Positions 38,448-50,393 of a DNA stretch of 64,000 nucleotides are shown here, piece after piece (the stretch's first letter is position 1; every line of letters starts with the position of its first letter). This DNA is from Paragordius varius (taxonomy: Eukaryota > Animalia > Nematomorpha), in NCBI GenBank assembly GCA_964247055.1, contig OZ176053.1, positions 3,162,001 through 3,226,000 of the forward strand, given 5' to 3'. Under the pieces are notes generated by a model. That model had not been told where the DNA came from. It searched no databases and saw only the letters and a program-made list of their open reading frames with translations. The position numbers and the translations under genes are program-made.

Positions 38448-39545
38448 TTAACCTGGGGTCATGGTTCTCGAAACTTCATCGTATGTGTATGGTTGGGATA
38501 AAGTTATTTGTTCCTCCAATTCCATTACGATAGGTGAACCCATGTCTTGTGTCCGTGGATAACTTTGAAATGCTTTAATCAACAAAACTCGCGTATATTC
38601 AATCCATTTATCCCTCGATATTTCATAGTTTGGGATGACCGTTTGAGTTTCATTGTCATAACATACATAATTATCATCGTTATTTGTATTATAGCTATAA
38701 GTATCATTTGTCATTAATTCAGTATAGTTTGGGTCAAAGTCATATGAACTGGAAGAGTTTAATTCATAGTAATAATTATAAGAACTATCATATTCACCTT
38801 GGTAGGCTGAATTTTCCTGGCCATCGAAATTTGAATAAGAATATAAGTTATTTGGATCAGTGCTTTCCGTTAAATTTTCAATTTTTTGATTAAGTAATGC
38901 AGTGTAATTTGGTATAAGGTTAAAAAACACCAGTTCACGATTCAAATCATATAGGCAGAATTTTATATCTTCATACAATTCATCGTAAACTACTTTGTAT
39001 GTGGAGTTTTTAAGTTGTGTTACAATGAGTGTTATGAGATCTTTACTCAAAAATTTATCTATCAACTGCGCGTAAACCGAATAATCCATTGTTCCTGCCT
39101 TTGAGAGAAATGTTTGTTTAGGAACTTCAACCTTATAAGTTTTACTTAGTGACGCAATTGTCTCTAAAATAAGTGATTTGTACATTGGGGATATGGTGTA
39201 ACCAACACAAGTTTTAAAAGTCACTAAAGTATCGAAAAATTGTTTAATTTTCTCGATCGCCCCCTTCAACACGTCTATCGGTTTAATCTTCATAGATGTA
39301 TCTTTTGCTAAAGAATTTTTTTCCGCTTCACATAATAAAAGTGAACAATCCTTAATGCTTGACAGATATGGCTTAATTAAGGTCTCGATTTCGGACAAAT
39401 TAAGTGTAACAAATATAAAATTAGAGTCTACTTTGGCATCCATATTTTTCTCAAATAATTTTGTAATTTTGGGCATTTTATTGTAAGTCATGGATAAAAA
39501 ATAAAATGGAAACATTGAAAAATTATTAGGAAAGAAAGCATACAA
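38448..39545 (-). CDS. Intronless orphan ORF (365 aa; real start possibly the Met at about codon 19 or 24) with a Tyr/Asn/Ser/Asp-rich segment
   Basis: A 1.1-kb stop-free frame in very AT-rich DNA. No family recognised. Confidence 0.6.
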   Translation of the reverse strand: MYAFFPNNFSMFPFYFLSMTYNKMPKITKLFEKNMDAKVDSNFIFVTLNLSEIETLIKPYLSSIKDCSLLLCEAEKNSLAKDTSMKIKPIDVLKGAIEKIKQFFDTLVTFKTCVGYTISPMYKSLILETIASLSKTYKVEVPKQTFLSKAGTMDYSVYAQLIDKFLSKDLITLIVTQLKNSTYKVVYDELYEDIKFCLYDLNRELVFFNLIPNYTALLNQKIENLTESTDPNNLYSYSNFDGQENSAYQGEYDSSYNYYYELNSSSSYDFDPNYTELMTNDTYSYNTNNDDNYVCYDNETQTVIPNYEISRDKWIEYTRVLLIKAFQSYPRTQDMGSPIVMELEEQITLSQPYTYDEVSRTMTPG

Positions 39546-42500
39546 AATCCATAATAGATATAAATGATTGTTACCGTTGATTCTCTCATATTTAAATAAT
39601 CAACTTATTAGTTCAGTTATAAAGTTTTAACCGAAAGAAACAAAACTTTAAAATTTCCAGATTTTGCTAAGCGATATCTAAACGGATAGAGGTTATTTAT
39701 ATAAACAAACAACGGTTTCCTTTGATATTATTCCTTAAATAGATTCTTATTGAATTTTAAGATGTTAGATGTCCTATATAAAAAAGCAAAATCTAGAAAA
39801 TTTTGTTTGGACTAATGCAGGATCCAAAATTTGTTACTTATAAAATCTATTACTTTACATCTGTTGTTGTTATAGCTAAGATCGGCGTCGTTTTGGCGCT
39901 ATTTTGTAAACCTATTAATATGCGTTCAATGAGCACAAGACAATGGGTAATGTAAATCAACTCTTCCTTAATAACGTAATCATTATGATGCATTTTCCGG
40001 CGTCGATATACTTTTTGTTTTAACTGCCACTGATGTCCATCCATCCATTTTAGGTCCCAGGGTATCTGGGGTTTCCATGCACCAACTTTCTAAACAATGT
40101 TCTATCAAAGACTTGTTCGTGTTCAATATTGAATTGTGATAAATCTTGGGTCAGCTGTTTGGACCATGTGCATTTAGGGCGGCCTTTTCTGTTTGGGCCG
40201 GGTATATTTAAATGTTGTATTTTTTGTACCCAGTTATCGGAATTCATAAGTTCAATATAATATCGCAATCGATTGCGCTGAATGAGTAGAGCTATGGGTT
40301 CATCTTCTTTTATGATATTATCAAAATTATTATTTTGAGCATTGATTTTCAGCTCTAGTAAGTCTATTTATGTCTGTTGCTGTAAGGGCCCAGGTTTCTA
40401 TAGCGTATGTCACTGGTCTTATTCCCATTTTATTAATATATATCTTATGATTTGATTTGATATTTTTAATTAGTTAAAATATATTTTAATTGATTGAATT
40501 TGGCCCATCCTTGTCTGATTCTATGAGAAATGGTATCCAGAATCATCAGATGCTATATAATCGCCCAGATATGGAAAAGATGTTACAACTTCTAGTTTGT
40601 CTCCATTAAAGTTTAAAGTACGCGGATTCGATATTGGCATACCGATAAAGCACATGGTATGCAGATAAAAATCATTATCAATTAACTTTTATTGGAACAT
40701 TTTTTATGGACCCAATATCTGCATTAAAGTGGTGGTGCACACTGGGCATGGGAACTTGAAAGTTTTATGTTCTTCTCCTGTGATTAAAATTTTGGTTTTG
40801 TTCGTGTTGATCTTAAGACCGTGTTTATGTAATTGTTTTAACCATATTAGATATTCATTTTAGAGTATTGAAATATCTTCTGCAGTGATTATAAGGTCGT
40901 CTGCGTAGAGAATTTCATATGGCAGACCTTCTCTAATATCTTTTGTTATGTAGTCAATTATAGCTATGAAAGGAAGTGGGTTTAGGACAGACCCCTGATG
41001 CAGCCCAGTATTAATACTAAAATACTCTGAATTCCCAACAGGTGTAAGAACACAACTGATTGAGTTAGTGTAGATTAACATAAATAACTTAATGATATAT
41101 TCATCTACGTAGCGCAGTGATTCTATTATTAGCGCTCTAGGTATTGAGTCGTAAGCCTTTTCCAAATCGACAAAAAGTATAGTTTGAGACCTTTTGCTCG
41201 GTATTTATTTTGTAATTGTCTGAGTAAGAAAATTGGATCGATTGTGCTTTTACCCGCTGAAAAGGCGAATTGCATTGGATTAATTGATATGAACTGGACG
41301 ATACGATTTTTGAGGCACATTTCAAAATATTTTAACCCATGTTCAAGAAGTTTTAAGGGCCTGCATGAGGAACAGGTTAGGATATCTCCTCTATTTTTGA
41401 AGGTGGGAAATATAATGCTTTTTTCCCAGTCTGTGGGTATTTTCATTTCAACTATTATTTTGTTAAATAAATTTGTTAGAAGCATGGAAATATTTGGTAT
41501 TAATTTAATGATATCAAAACATAGTTCACTAGGGCCCGAAGCCTTGTTTGATTTCATAAAGCAATCTCAATTTCTTGTATTGTTAAAAACAAGGATCTCT
41601 GTCAGAATTTATTATGGGTGTTAAAGGGTTATTTAGATTTTGCTCCATATATTTTTGCCATATGGATTTAATTAATTCTGGTTGTATTTGTAAATTATTA
41701 TTATTATCTTTAATACATTTAATCGTTGGTATATCTTTTTGTTATTATTGTAAAGTTTCATATGTTTAAAAATTTTATTATTTTGAATTTCCTTTTCCAA
41801 TTTATCGGCAGTATCTTTAGCTTTTTCATTCATTAATTTATTTATTTCCTTTTGTACCTTTTTGATGTATTTGTAATCAGTTTTGTCGTATTCTCTTTTC
41901 GACTTCTTCCAACGCACCTCTTCTTTAAGTAGTGGCTTAATTGCATCGTCCCACCACCATTTCTTTTGGGCTTTGCTCTTTCTTCTACCACACCATTTTT
42001 CTACATTTTCAATCGTATTGCTTCTTAGACTTTGCCTGGAGTCTTCAACGTTTAGAATATCATTGTTTAAGTTAAGCGACTTTTTAAGATTTTTCATTAT
42101 ATCATGTTTTTTAAACTTGTTTATATTAAGTTTAGGTTTGGTTTTATGATTGAAAGGCCATGAATTAAATTTAAAAATTGATGTTAAAACTTTATGCTGT
42201 GTTTCAGAATTATAAGTGGTTGTATTTACCAGATATATTCGAATGTGTTGTATTATTATTGCTAAGTTTATGTAATAAGTTTATTTTTGCTTTTGGTGAA
42301 CATAGTGTTTGCTAACTGTAGTCGCTGACCTGAACAGAATAATAGGACATTTTGTCCTTCTATGTCCCGATTATCAAAGTCGTATCCTCCTTGTATACCA
42401 GAAAAACCTTCGCTGCTTCCAACATGTGCATTTAAATCTCCTCAAGTCATTATACAGTCTGTTTCGGGTATATTTAAGGTGACCAGACGTCCCGCTTTTG

Positions 42501-42855
42501 GCGGGACAGTCCCGCTTTTTCACACTTTGTCCCGCCTCCCGCTACGTTTATAAGATGTCCCGCTTTTTCATGATTATATAAAAAAAAATTTTTTTAATAC
42601 AAATAATTTTTTTTTAATACAAAATTTTTTATTTTAAATTAAAATTTTTTATTTTTAAATTAAAAATATGTATTTTTTTCCAATTTATATCATATGATTA
42701 TACACTTTCCTTCCTGCTACTACTGTCATTAATATCAAAAAGCCAAGTTATACTAGATCAAAAGACAAATTGATACCATAAATCGATACCTTACACGCTT
42801 TTTCCAGAAATTAAGGCAATATAACATTTATTATACTAATATTTAGTTTATAAAT

Positions 42856-44813
42856 ATGAACACAAAAAGAGGCTGTAAATTCAATGATGAATTAATGAAA
42901 GATTTTCCTTTCATTAAAAAAACGAAGAATGAATCGTCTGTTAAATGTCTTATATGCGATGGGGAATTCACCCTGGCACATGGCGGCAAACATGACATTA
43001 CAAAGCATATTGATACACAGAAACATCAAAAATGTTTAATTATAACGGCATCATCTCACAAGATGAGCGATTTTTTTCGAAAAACCGCTTTTGGAGAGGA
43101 AGAAAAGAATTTAGCACTTGCTGAGGGCCTGTTTTCCTTTCAAGCCTTAAATCATTGCCATTCATTTCGTTCAATGGATTGTACCTCACAGGTTATTCGC
43201 ACGTTATTCAATAAAAAATTTACATGTGGCCGTACAAAGGCTGAAGCCATTTTATGCAATGTTTTTTCGCCCATGCTTTTTCTGAAATACAAAAAGATTT
43301 GCTAAAAATTAATTATTTTTCCCTATACTCTGATGCTTCAAATCACCATGAAACAAAATTATTTCCTACTTTGATAAGATATTTTGATTCAGAAACCGGA
43401 GTAAAAATTAAAATTTTAGATTTAATTTCCCTACCCGGTGAAAATTCTGAAATAATATTTACTTCAATTATGCATATTCTAGAAAAAAATAACTTAAAAG
43501 AAAATTATCGCATATTGCGCTGACAACACCAATACGAACTTTGGTGGAAAAGCAAGGAGAGGAACAAAAATTATTTTTTATAAATTAACAGATAATCTTA
43601 ATCAAAACATTATTGGCGTAGGTGCAGCGCATATAATACACAACGCTATTCAAACAGCTGCAGATTTGTTACCCTTAGATGTGGAAAATGTAGTTGTTAA
43701 AATATATTCCTATTTTTATATATACACGGTACGTGTTGAAACGCTTAAAGAATTCTGTGAAAATGCAGAAGTTCAATATCAAAAAATGCTTGGATATAGT
43801 AAAACTCGTTGGTTGGCTTTTATGCCAGCTATCGAAAGAATTTTAATGTATGATCCTTTAAAATCTTTTTTTTATCACAGGACAAATGTCCTACAACTTT
43901 AAAAAATTTTTATGAAAGTGATTCTTCAAAAATATGGTTAGAATTCTTACATAATCAAGCTTCTCTCTTTCAAAATGTTATTAAATTTATTGAAGGTGAC
44001 AAAATTTCGGCAGTCGAAGTAGCCAATGAAGTTAGTAACCTGAAATTCCAATGTCAAGAACGGTTAGAAAATAATTTTATTCCATTAACCATCCGCACTA
44101 CAATAGAAGTAGCCAATGAAGTTAGTAACCTGAAATTCCAATGTCAAGAACGGTTAGAAAATAATTTTATTCCATTAACCATCCGCACTACAATAAATAA
44201 TTTAGAAAAACAAGGCTTAATAAATCGCCAAGATATCCTGTACCATATAAAAATGTTTTATACAAACTGTAAAGATTATTTGGAAGACTGGACGACGCAA
44301 TTCAATGAAATTGATCATTTTCATTGGATAACATTAAAATCAGAATTTAATTGGTGCGATGTTCAAAAATCATTTGATTATATCTGATCCCAAAAATTCT
44401 CAAAAATTGATCTTTCAGAAAATGATCTTTTTTCTGAAGTATCATTAGTTAAAAGATATATTAATAATGAAAAACTTAAATTATGGACAAAAGAAAAATA
44501 TACAGTAGAAAAGAAATGGTTGGAAATATTTCATCATTTTGAAGCCAACTATATTACATACAATAATATTTTAAAAATTGTGGAATTCGCACTATCTTTA
44601 CCTGGAACCAACGCTGCTACTGAGCGCGTTTTTTCCACAGTTAATCAGGTGTGGAGATCGGAAAAATCAAATTTAAATGTTGAAACTTTGAAGGCCGTTT
44701 TATCTGTCAAATATAATTTGACAAATTCTTGTAAAGACTTCTACAATATTTTAAAATATGATGACAATCTGCTAAAACGCATTCACTCAAACCAAAAATA
44801 TACCAAAGAATAA
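42856..44813 (+). pseudogene. Frameshifted hAT transposase, with a 90-bp tandem duplication at 44016-44195
   Basis: N-terminal Zn finger (CLIC...H...H), YSDASNH (first catalytic Asp), SKTRWL, and dimerisation-domain LSLPGTNAATERVFS; split across at least 4 frames. Confidence 0.88.
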
Positions 44814-44849
44814 AATATTTTCTTTAAAGTTTTTGTGTTAAAAAACACA

Positions 44850-45716
44850 ATTACCTAAAATATTGTATAAGTCTTCATAATTTGTCAAATTTTTGAACCC
44901 ATAAAAGGTCTTTTATTCGACATTTAAATTTGATTCCGTGTCCACACTTGATTTACTCTGGAAAAACGCGTTCAATAGCAGTGGTTCAGGTAAAGATAAT
45001 GCAAATTCTACAATTAAAATATTATTGTATGGATCATAATTTGTTTAAAAATGATTATTTTAACCATTTCTATCCTACGTATTTTTTTCTGTTGTCCATA
45101 ATATAAGTTTTCATTCAATATATTTATTTAATAATGAGACTTCATAAAAAAGTGTCATTTTGCACCGTCTTGTCTTCCAAATAATAGTTTCTGTTTGTAT
45201 AAAACATTTTTATATTCTGGCTATTCATTGAGCCTTGTTTTTCTGGATGCTTTATGATATTGCGATTAAGTAATGGTATAAAATTATTTTCTAACCTTTT
45301 TTGACTTGGAATTTTGACCTTTTTGTGATAAAAATTAGGATTCTAGGAGATCACATTTTAAATATTTCTGCTGGCAAAAGAGTTAACCAACAGTTCTGCA
45401 ATATCCAAGCATTAACATCTATATTTTCCACATCCAGGGGTAACAAATCAGTAGCTGCTTGAATAGCGTTGTGTATCTGCCAATAATGTTTTGATTAAGA
45501 TTATTCGCTAAATTGTTAAAAATATTTTTTGTGCCGCTTCTTGCATGACCCAGCGCCCTTTATGATGATTCCGTCTTTATTTTTTTCTAGAATATTACAA
45601 TCACTTCACCCTTTGTTCGTGCACATGTAAATTTATTGAATAAGGTACAAACAACCTGCGAGGTACAAATTTTTTTATATTTATAATCTATTTGTGTTAA
45701 AAATAAATAAATATTA
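44850..45716 (-). repeat. Inverted, internally deleted, diverged copy of the transposase gene inside the same hAT element
   Basis: The reverse complement matches segments from the start-codon region (~42835) to ~44760 in the same order, e.g. atacacaacgctattcaagcagctactgatttgttacccctggatgtggaaaat vs sense 43636-43689. Confidence 0.85.
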
Positions 45717-46573
45717 CAAAAAAATTTTTGTATAAAAATTTTTGGTTGTACCCCCCAATCCCCCCCCCCCTCAGATTTGTCCCGCTTTTTCCTTCAATAA
45801 ATCTGGTCACCTTAGGTATATTGGAACATATTTGACAGAGCTGATCCCAAAAATTCAGCTTGCATTTATCGGGCAAGTTTTTTTGGGGTGCATATACGGA
45901 AATAACATTGAGGATCAATTTGTTGTATATCATTCTAGCTTGAATAATTCTATCACTGTGACGGGTCCGGTAATTAGGTTTTGTCGATGTGTATCTTTCA
46001 TCATTATGGAGACGCCAGATTGTCCTTTGTTCCCACCTTGGTATAGTAATGAATAACCATCAAAGTGTTTTATACCTGCATTTTTATATCGAGTTTCTTG
46101 TAAATAGCATATGTTTAAATCTATGTTTCGCACCGTATCTATAACCAGCCATTGCTTATTAAACATTGTTCCAACATTCCAAGAGCTAATTTTAAATGGT
46201 TCCGATATAGATTTGAAGTTTTTATTAAGATTCTTGTATCTCATTTTTATTTTTGGTTGTTCATTTGTACCTGGTTTATTTATTATTGTTTTTGAATTTT
46301 TATTATTTCTATTATTTATATAATTTCTAATTATAGGTGTACTAGCATTTTAATATATATTATTATTTATATTGAAATTAAAATTTCGATTTGAAATAGA
46401 GGTTTTATCATCAATCATTTTGGTAAGTCGTTTCTTCATGGTTTTGCAAATGAGGCAAGGCTTTACGGATTATATGCCGTTATAAACCAACACCTTTAAC
46501 TCGAGGTGAGGGTACCTTATTCGCTGTACCTGGCTAGAGAATGTCTAAAAAGACTACGATCTTCTCAAATCGA

Positions 46574-46638
46574 CCTCCTCCGTTAGCCTTACACATCGTG
46601 TAAGTTTCCGGACATCACCACGCGGAGGTGGAGGTAGG
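46574..46638 (-). ncRNA. HDV-like ribozyme core at the 5' end of the RTE LINE; P1 5' strand absent
   Basis: The minus strand reads CCUACCUCC-ACC-UCCGCGU-GGU-GAUGUCC-GG-AAA-CUUACAC-GAU-GUGUAAG-GCUAAC-GGAGGAGG, i.e. P2, P3, L3, P3', P1', P1.1, P4 hairpin, J4/2 with C, P2'. Confidence 0.7.
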
Positions 46639-47369
46639 ATTTATAAGGTAAATAATTGTAATTTTTGGCTTATATATGCTATGGAACGTAACCCATATTT
46701 GCGTTGAAAACAAATTTTAATTTTACTCTTTAACCAACAAACCGTTAAAGATTTTATTGTATATCCTAAAAAAATGATGGGTTCGAAAAAACTACTTAAA
46801 ATAAAAAATGGTCGATAAATTTCCAAAGTTTAGATAAATTTACATGTAGCCAGTACAACTCTTAATGTAATCATAGTGTCGTGTTTGTGAAAAATTGACA
46901 CCATTTCTATGCATATCACAAATTAAAACTTTAATATTTATTAGGTAGTTATGAATTAAAAATTAAGAACATATCTATATCAATATATTTCGGTGTAAAT
47001 GAAAAAAATATCTATTCAATATAATATAAGGAAATGTTCAGAAACATATTTACAATAAGGTATGGGGAGAAGGACAAAAATATAACATTTGAGACATTTT
47101 TTTGATCTACAGATTAAAAGGGAAATCGAATCAGTGAATGGGAAATCATAAACTAACTTATAAACCATTTTACACCAATGTAAGATCATTTTTGGGTAAA
47201 TATAACTAATAATATATGGACACAGACACATAAGGGTGTAGATAGGTTGTAATTAATGTATAGCATGGGTAAAAGAATTACATATATCAATTTTTTTATG
47301 TTAAAAAATTTGAAATGGTCAGTATATAAGAAAGAGAGAGAGAGTTAAAATAAATAGCAAATAAAAGTA

Positions 47370-49202
47370 TTATTCGTTAGCATCATTGGATTCTTCAGGC
47401 TCATCAATATTTCCTCCACCAACGTCTTCGGATTCTTCGGCACCGTCTTCGTCATAGCCTTCAATATCATCTCCTTAAAAAAATTATTTTAGAATATTTA
47501 ATTTTTAAAATTGATCATATTTATACAAGGCTTAAAAATCATTTAAAAGTAAGGTATAAAATTTACGAATGGGGTTAATCATATTATATATGATCTTTTA
47601 TAGTAAAAATTTAATCAAATCTAGCGATTAATATGCAAAGGTAAATTTAAATCTAAAAAACATTTAAAAATTATTCGTTTATTTTTAGTTATGATTTTAT
47701 AAAACTTTAATATTATATAAATATCATTGAATTTTTTGCCAGCTTCTTGAATTAAATTAAAATAGAATAATAGTTCATTAAAACTTTAAATATTATCAAA
47801 ATCCAATAATTAACATTTGATATATAATGTAAATTCACAACGGTTGTTAAAATATTAAAAAATAATTACCTTCTCCTTCACCATCATCTCCAATTTCTTC
47901 GCCATCGCTAAAATGTTAAATAGTTATATTAAAATATATACCCAAAATTATATTGCTACCTAACACATATCCAATAACAAACACTTCAAATTAAGTAATA
48001 ATCTTTGTTATAAAATTCATAAAATATACCACACAGTTGCTGACATAAATTACGCTTATCTGCTACATAAAAAGTTGATTGAATTAAGGTTAATCATTTT
48101 TTAACGCCGTAATGAGTTGCATGTCCATAAGAAAAGTAAATTCAACATAATTAATTTCTACAGCATAATCACCAGTTTTTCTGGTATTAACACTGATTTT
48201 TAATGTTAAGTAAATAATTATAAATTATAACAAAGAAATATAATATAAACCTGTCACCAGCATCAATTCCATTCTCGGCGTCCATATCGGGAACTAGGAA
48301 ATATTGTAAAGGGTTTGGCCAAATATCGTCTTTAATTAACTATAAACAAACACAAAATTATATGATAATGGTTAAAATCCACTGTGTTTGGTTAAAAAAT
48401 TATTTTAATCTCCAAGAATAGGGTTACGTTATACAAATTTTTTTTTTGGAAACAGTTTTTACTAATATACTTCTGCAATTTCATCCGAAGAAACATCTCC
48501 ATTAGAAAGGTACCACGAAAAAAAGGATTTATGTTCATGAGGTCTTTTTCTAGAGTTTGCCATTAAATTTGAAAGATTTTTAGCAAGAGTGCAATTTTCT
48601 CTCCATTCGATTGGTGTGAATAAAGATTCAGGATTACCTAAATTTAATATTATGTAACACAGTACCTGCAGTTCCAAGATGGAACTCTTTACATAAAAGT
48701 TCATTTTCGAAAAAAGGATTCTCATCAAAATAAAAATTTATTTTATAGCCAGATTTAATGTCCTCGAATTCTTCAACTTCAACCTATATGTTAAAAAATA
48801 TTATTAACTTTGCTTAAATAATGTAAACATTCCTCCTCGTCTTCATCTAAAATGGCTGATATTTGTGGGTGATTAATAAACTAAAAATTAAACGGAATTA
48901 TATACCGTGGTAATCCAAAAGTTTGGAATTTTTTTAATTAATTCGTTTCTTTTTTCAAAATGAGGCTTTCGCAATTTGTTGTATTTTTGTTCAACTTTTA
49001 AAATTTCTTCACTGGCTTTTTCGTTCATGGAATCAATTTCATTTTGGCAAGCGTCAATATCTTCCAAAGCTTTTTGGGTATCAGCATCATATTCTCTTAA
49101 ACTTTCCGCATCACCAGAAGCTTCAATGTTGTTCTCCATTTTCTTAAGCTTTTTAGGTGCAGAGCCGACAATATTGTTATTATTGGTGGTTGATGATGCC
49201 AT
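47370..49202 (-). CDS. SET: SET/TAF-I (NAP-family histone chaperone); exons 49202-48906, 48880-48809, 48783-48666, 48637-48471, 48339-48251, 47907-47870, 47473-47370
   Basis: [43 protein letters not shown]...IPNFW; [11 protein letters not shown]; FDENPFFEN; SFFSW; [17 protein letters not shown]; acidic tail. Introns of 25, 25 and 28 nt, plus a likely 5'UTR intron ending just before the ATG. Confidence 0.93.
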
Positions 49203-49944
49203 CTTAAAAAATTTGGAATGTAAAAAATAACAAGGAGTTCATTAAAATAATATATACAAATGGTAAACCACTTACATGGATTTTTCAGGTAAAATGCTTG
49301 TTTGCTAGGATACCGATGAATGTATGTAGAGAAAAGTCTAGCGGGACGATTACGGATGAGTGTAGGATTCAAATTATACCGAATGAACTATGTAATTTAT
49401 ATTCATTTTATTTATTAATATAATTTTGTGTGTAAAAATGGTTTTCTTTTGAATATAAAATGATGATTGTAATAATAAATAATGTATCGGTATTTTAGGC
49501 GTGAAATATATTTCTAAAAAGTTAGACAAAAATACACAGTTTAGGCAGTTATGCACCGCACTAAAAATGCTTTTTTACGGCCTAAATTATTATTATTTTT
49601 GTCAACTATCTATGGCTATACTTATTTATTTATTTTTTAACTATTTTAATTTTTTAAAGTGTTAACTGGAGAGAATAAAGTAATTATTAACTTATAATAA
49701 AACCGATTATTGAGATAGTGAAAAAATGAATTTTTTCGCTTTTTCTTCCTTTCAATCAATAATAATTCTTTTATTCTTGCCAGTATACCTACAATCTGGC
49801 AATCATTACTTACATATATGTAAATAAAAAATGGTAATAAATTTTGGGCCTACCTGCAAAATATAAAGGGTCCCAATTAATAAAAATAATAAAAAAAGAC
49901 CCCCTGTTTTGCCTCCCCGCATTGCTCCCCCTATCTCCCCGTAG

Positions 49945-50360
49945 TTTCGCTACTGTTTACAGTGCGTTGTACAACCAACAATGATGTACAACTCACAGAC
50001 ATGGAATTAAAGAAATCAGAAGAGAGGCACTTTGATGTTACTGAAATGGGAATGCTTAGATTGATGTGCGGTGTAACGAGAAAAGACAAGGTGAGGAATG
50101 TATATATTAGAGGAAGTACGCAAATCAAACCGATAACCCAAAAGTGATTTATATCGTCTTAGATGGTTTGGACAGTAGGGAGAAGACAAAATAACTACAT
50201 TGGTAAAAAGAAATGATTATATTGTGAAAGGTAAGAGGGAAAGAGTATGCCCTAAAACGCTATGGATCGATACAGTTATGAAAGACATGTAAAACTGAAC
50301 TTAAAACGCGAGGACGCCATAGACATGCTATGGCGAAATAGTTTAAGGATATGAGAGCTC
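49945..50360 (+). mobile_element. 3' fragment of an RTE-like LINE
   Basis: EMGMLRLMCGVTRKDKVRNVYIRG, followed by degenerate RWFG and GRP-like motifs. Confidence 0.8.
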
Positions 50361-50393
50361 GAAAGAGTGATATCATATTAATTATAATTATTA

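Larger units (their letters stand above)
42475..45814 (+). mobile_element. Complete hAT DNA transposon (3340 bp)
   Basis: 13-bp TIR TAAGGTGACCAGA...TCTGGTCACCTTA, perfect 8-bp TSD GGTATATT (42467-42474 and 45815-45822), and subterminal gtcccgc/gcgggac motifs. Confidence 0.95.
39990..46640 (-). mobile_element. Near full-length decayed RTE-like LINE, interrupted in its APE domain by the hAT element
   Basis: ISSWNVGTM...LQETR, SVYAPQ, then after the hAT GDLNAHVG; KASGPSEL, GKSTIDPIFLLRQLQ, EKAYDSIPR, GLHQGSVLNP, LYADDL, NRKGRPKCTW. Removing the hAT and one TSD restores ...SNIPETDCI.... Confidence 0.88.

Noticed and set aside
48976-49372. Short overlapping ORFs antisense to or upstream of SET, and similar antisense ORFs over the GPCR, LINEs and UNC80
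   Set aside because: They are shadow frames of real genes or repeats with no independent support.
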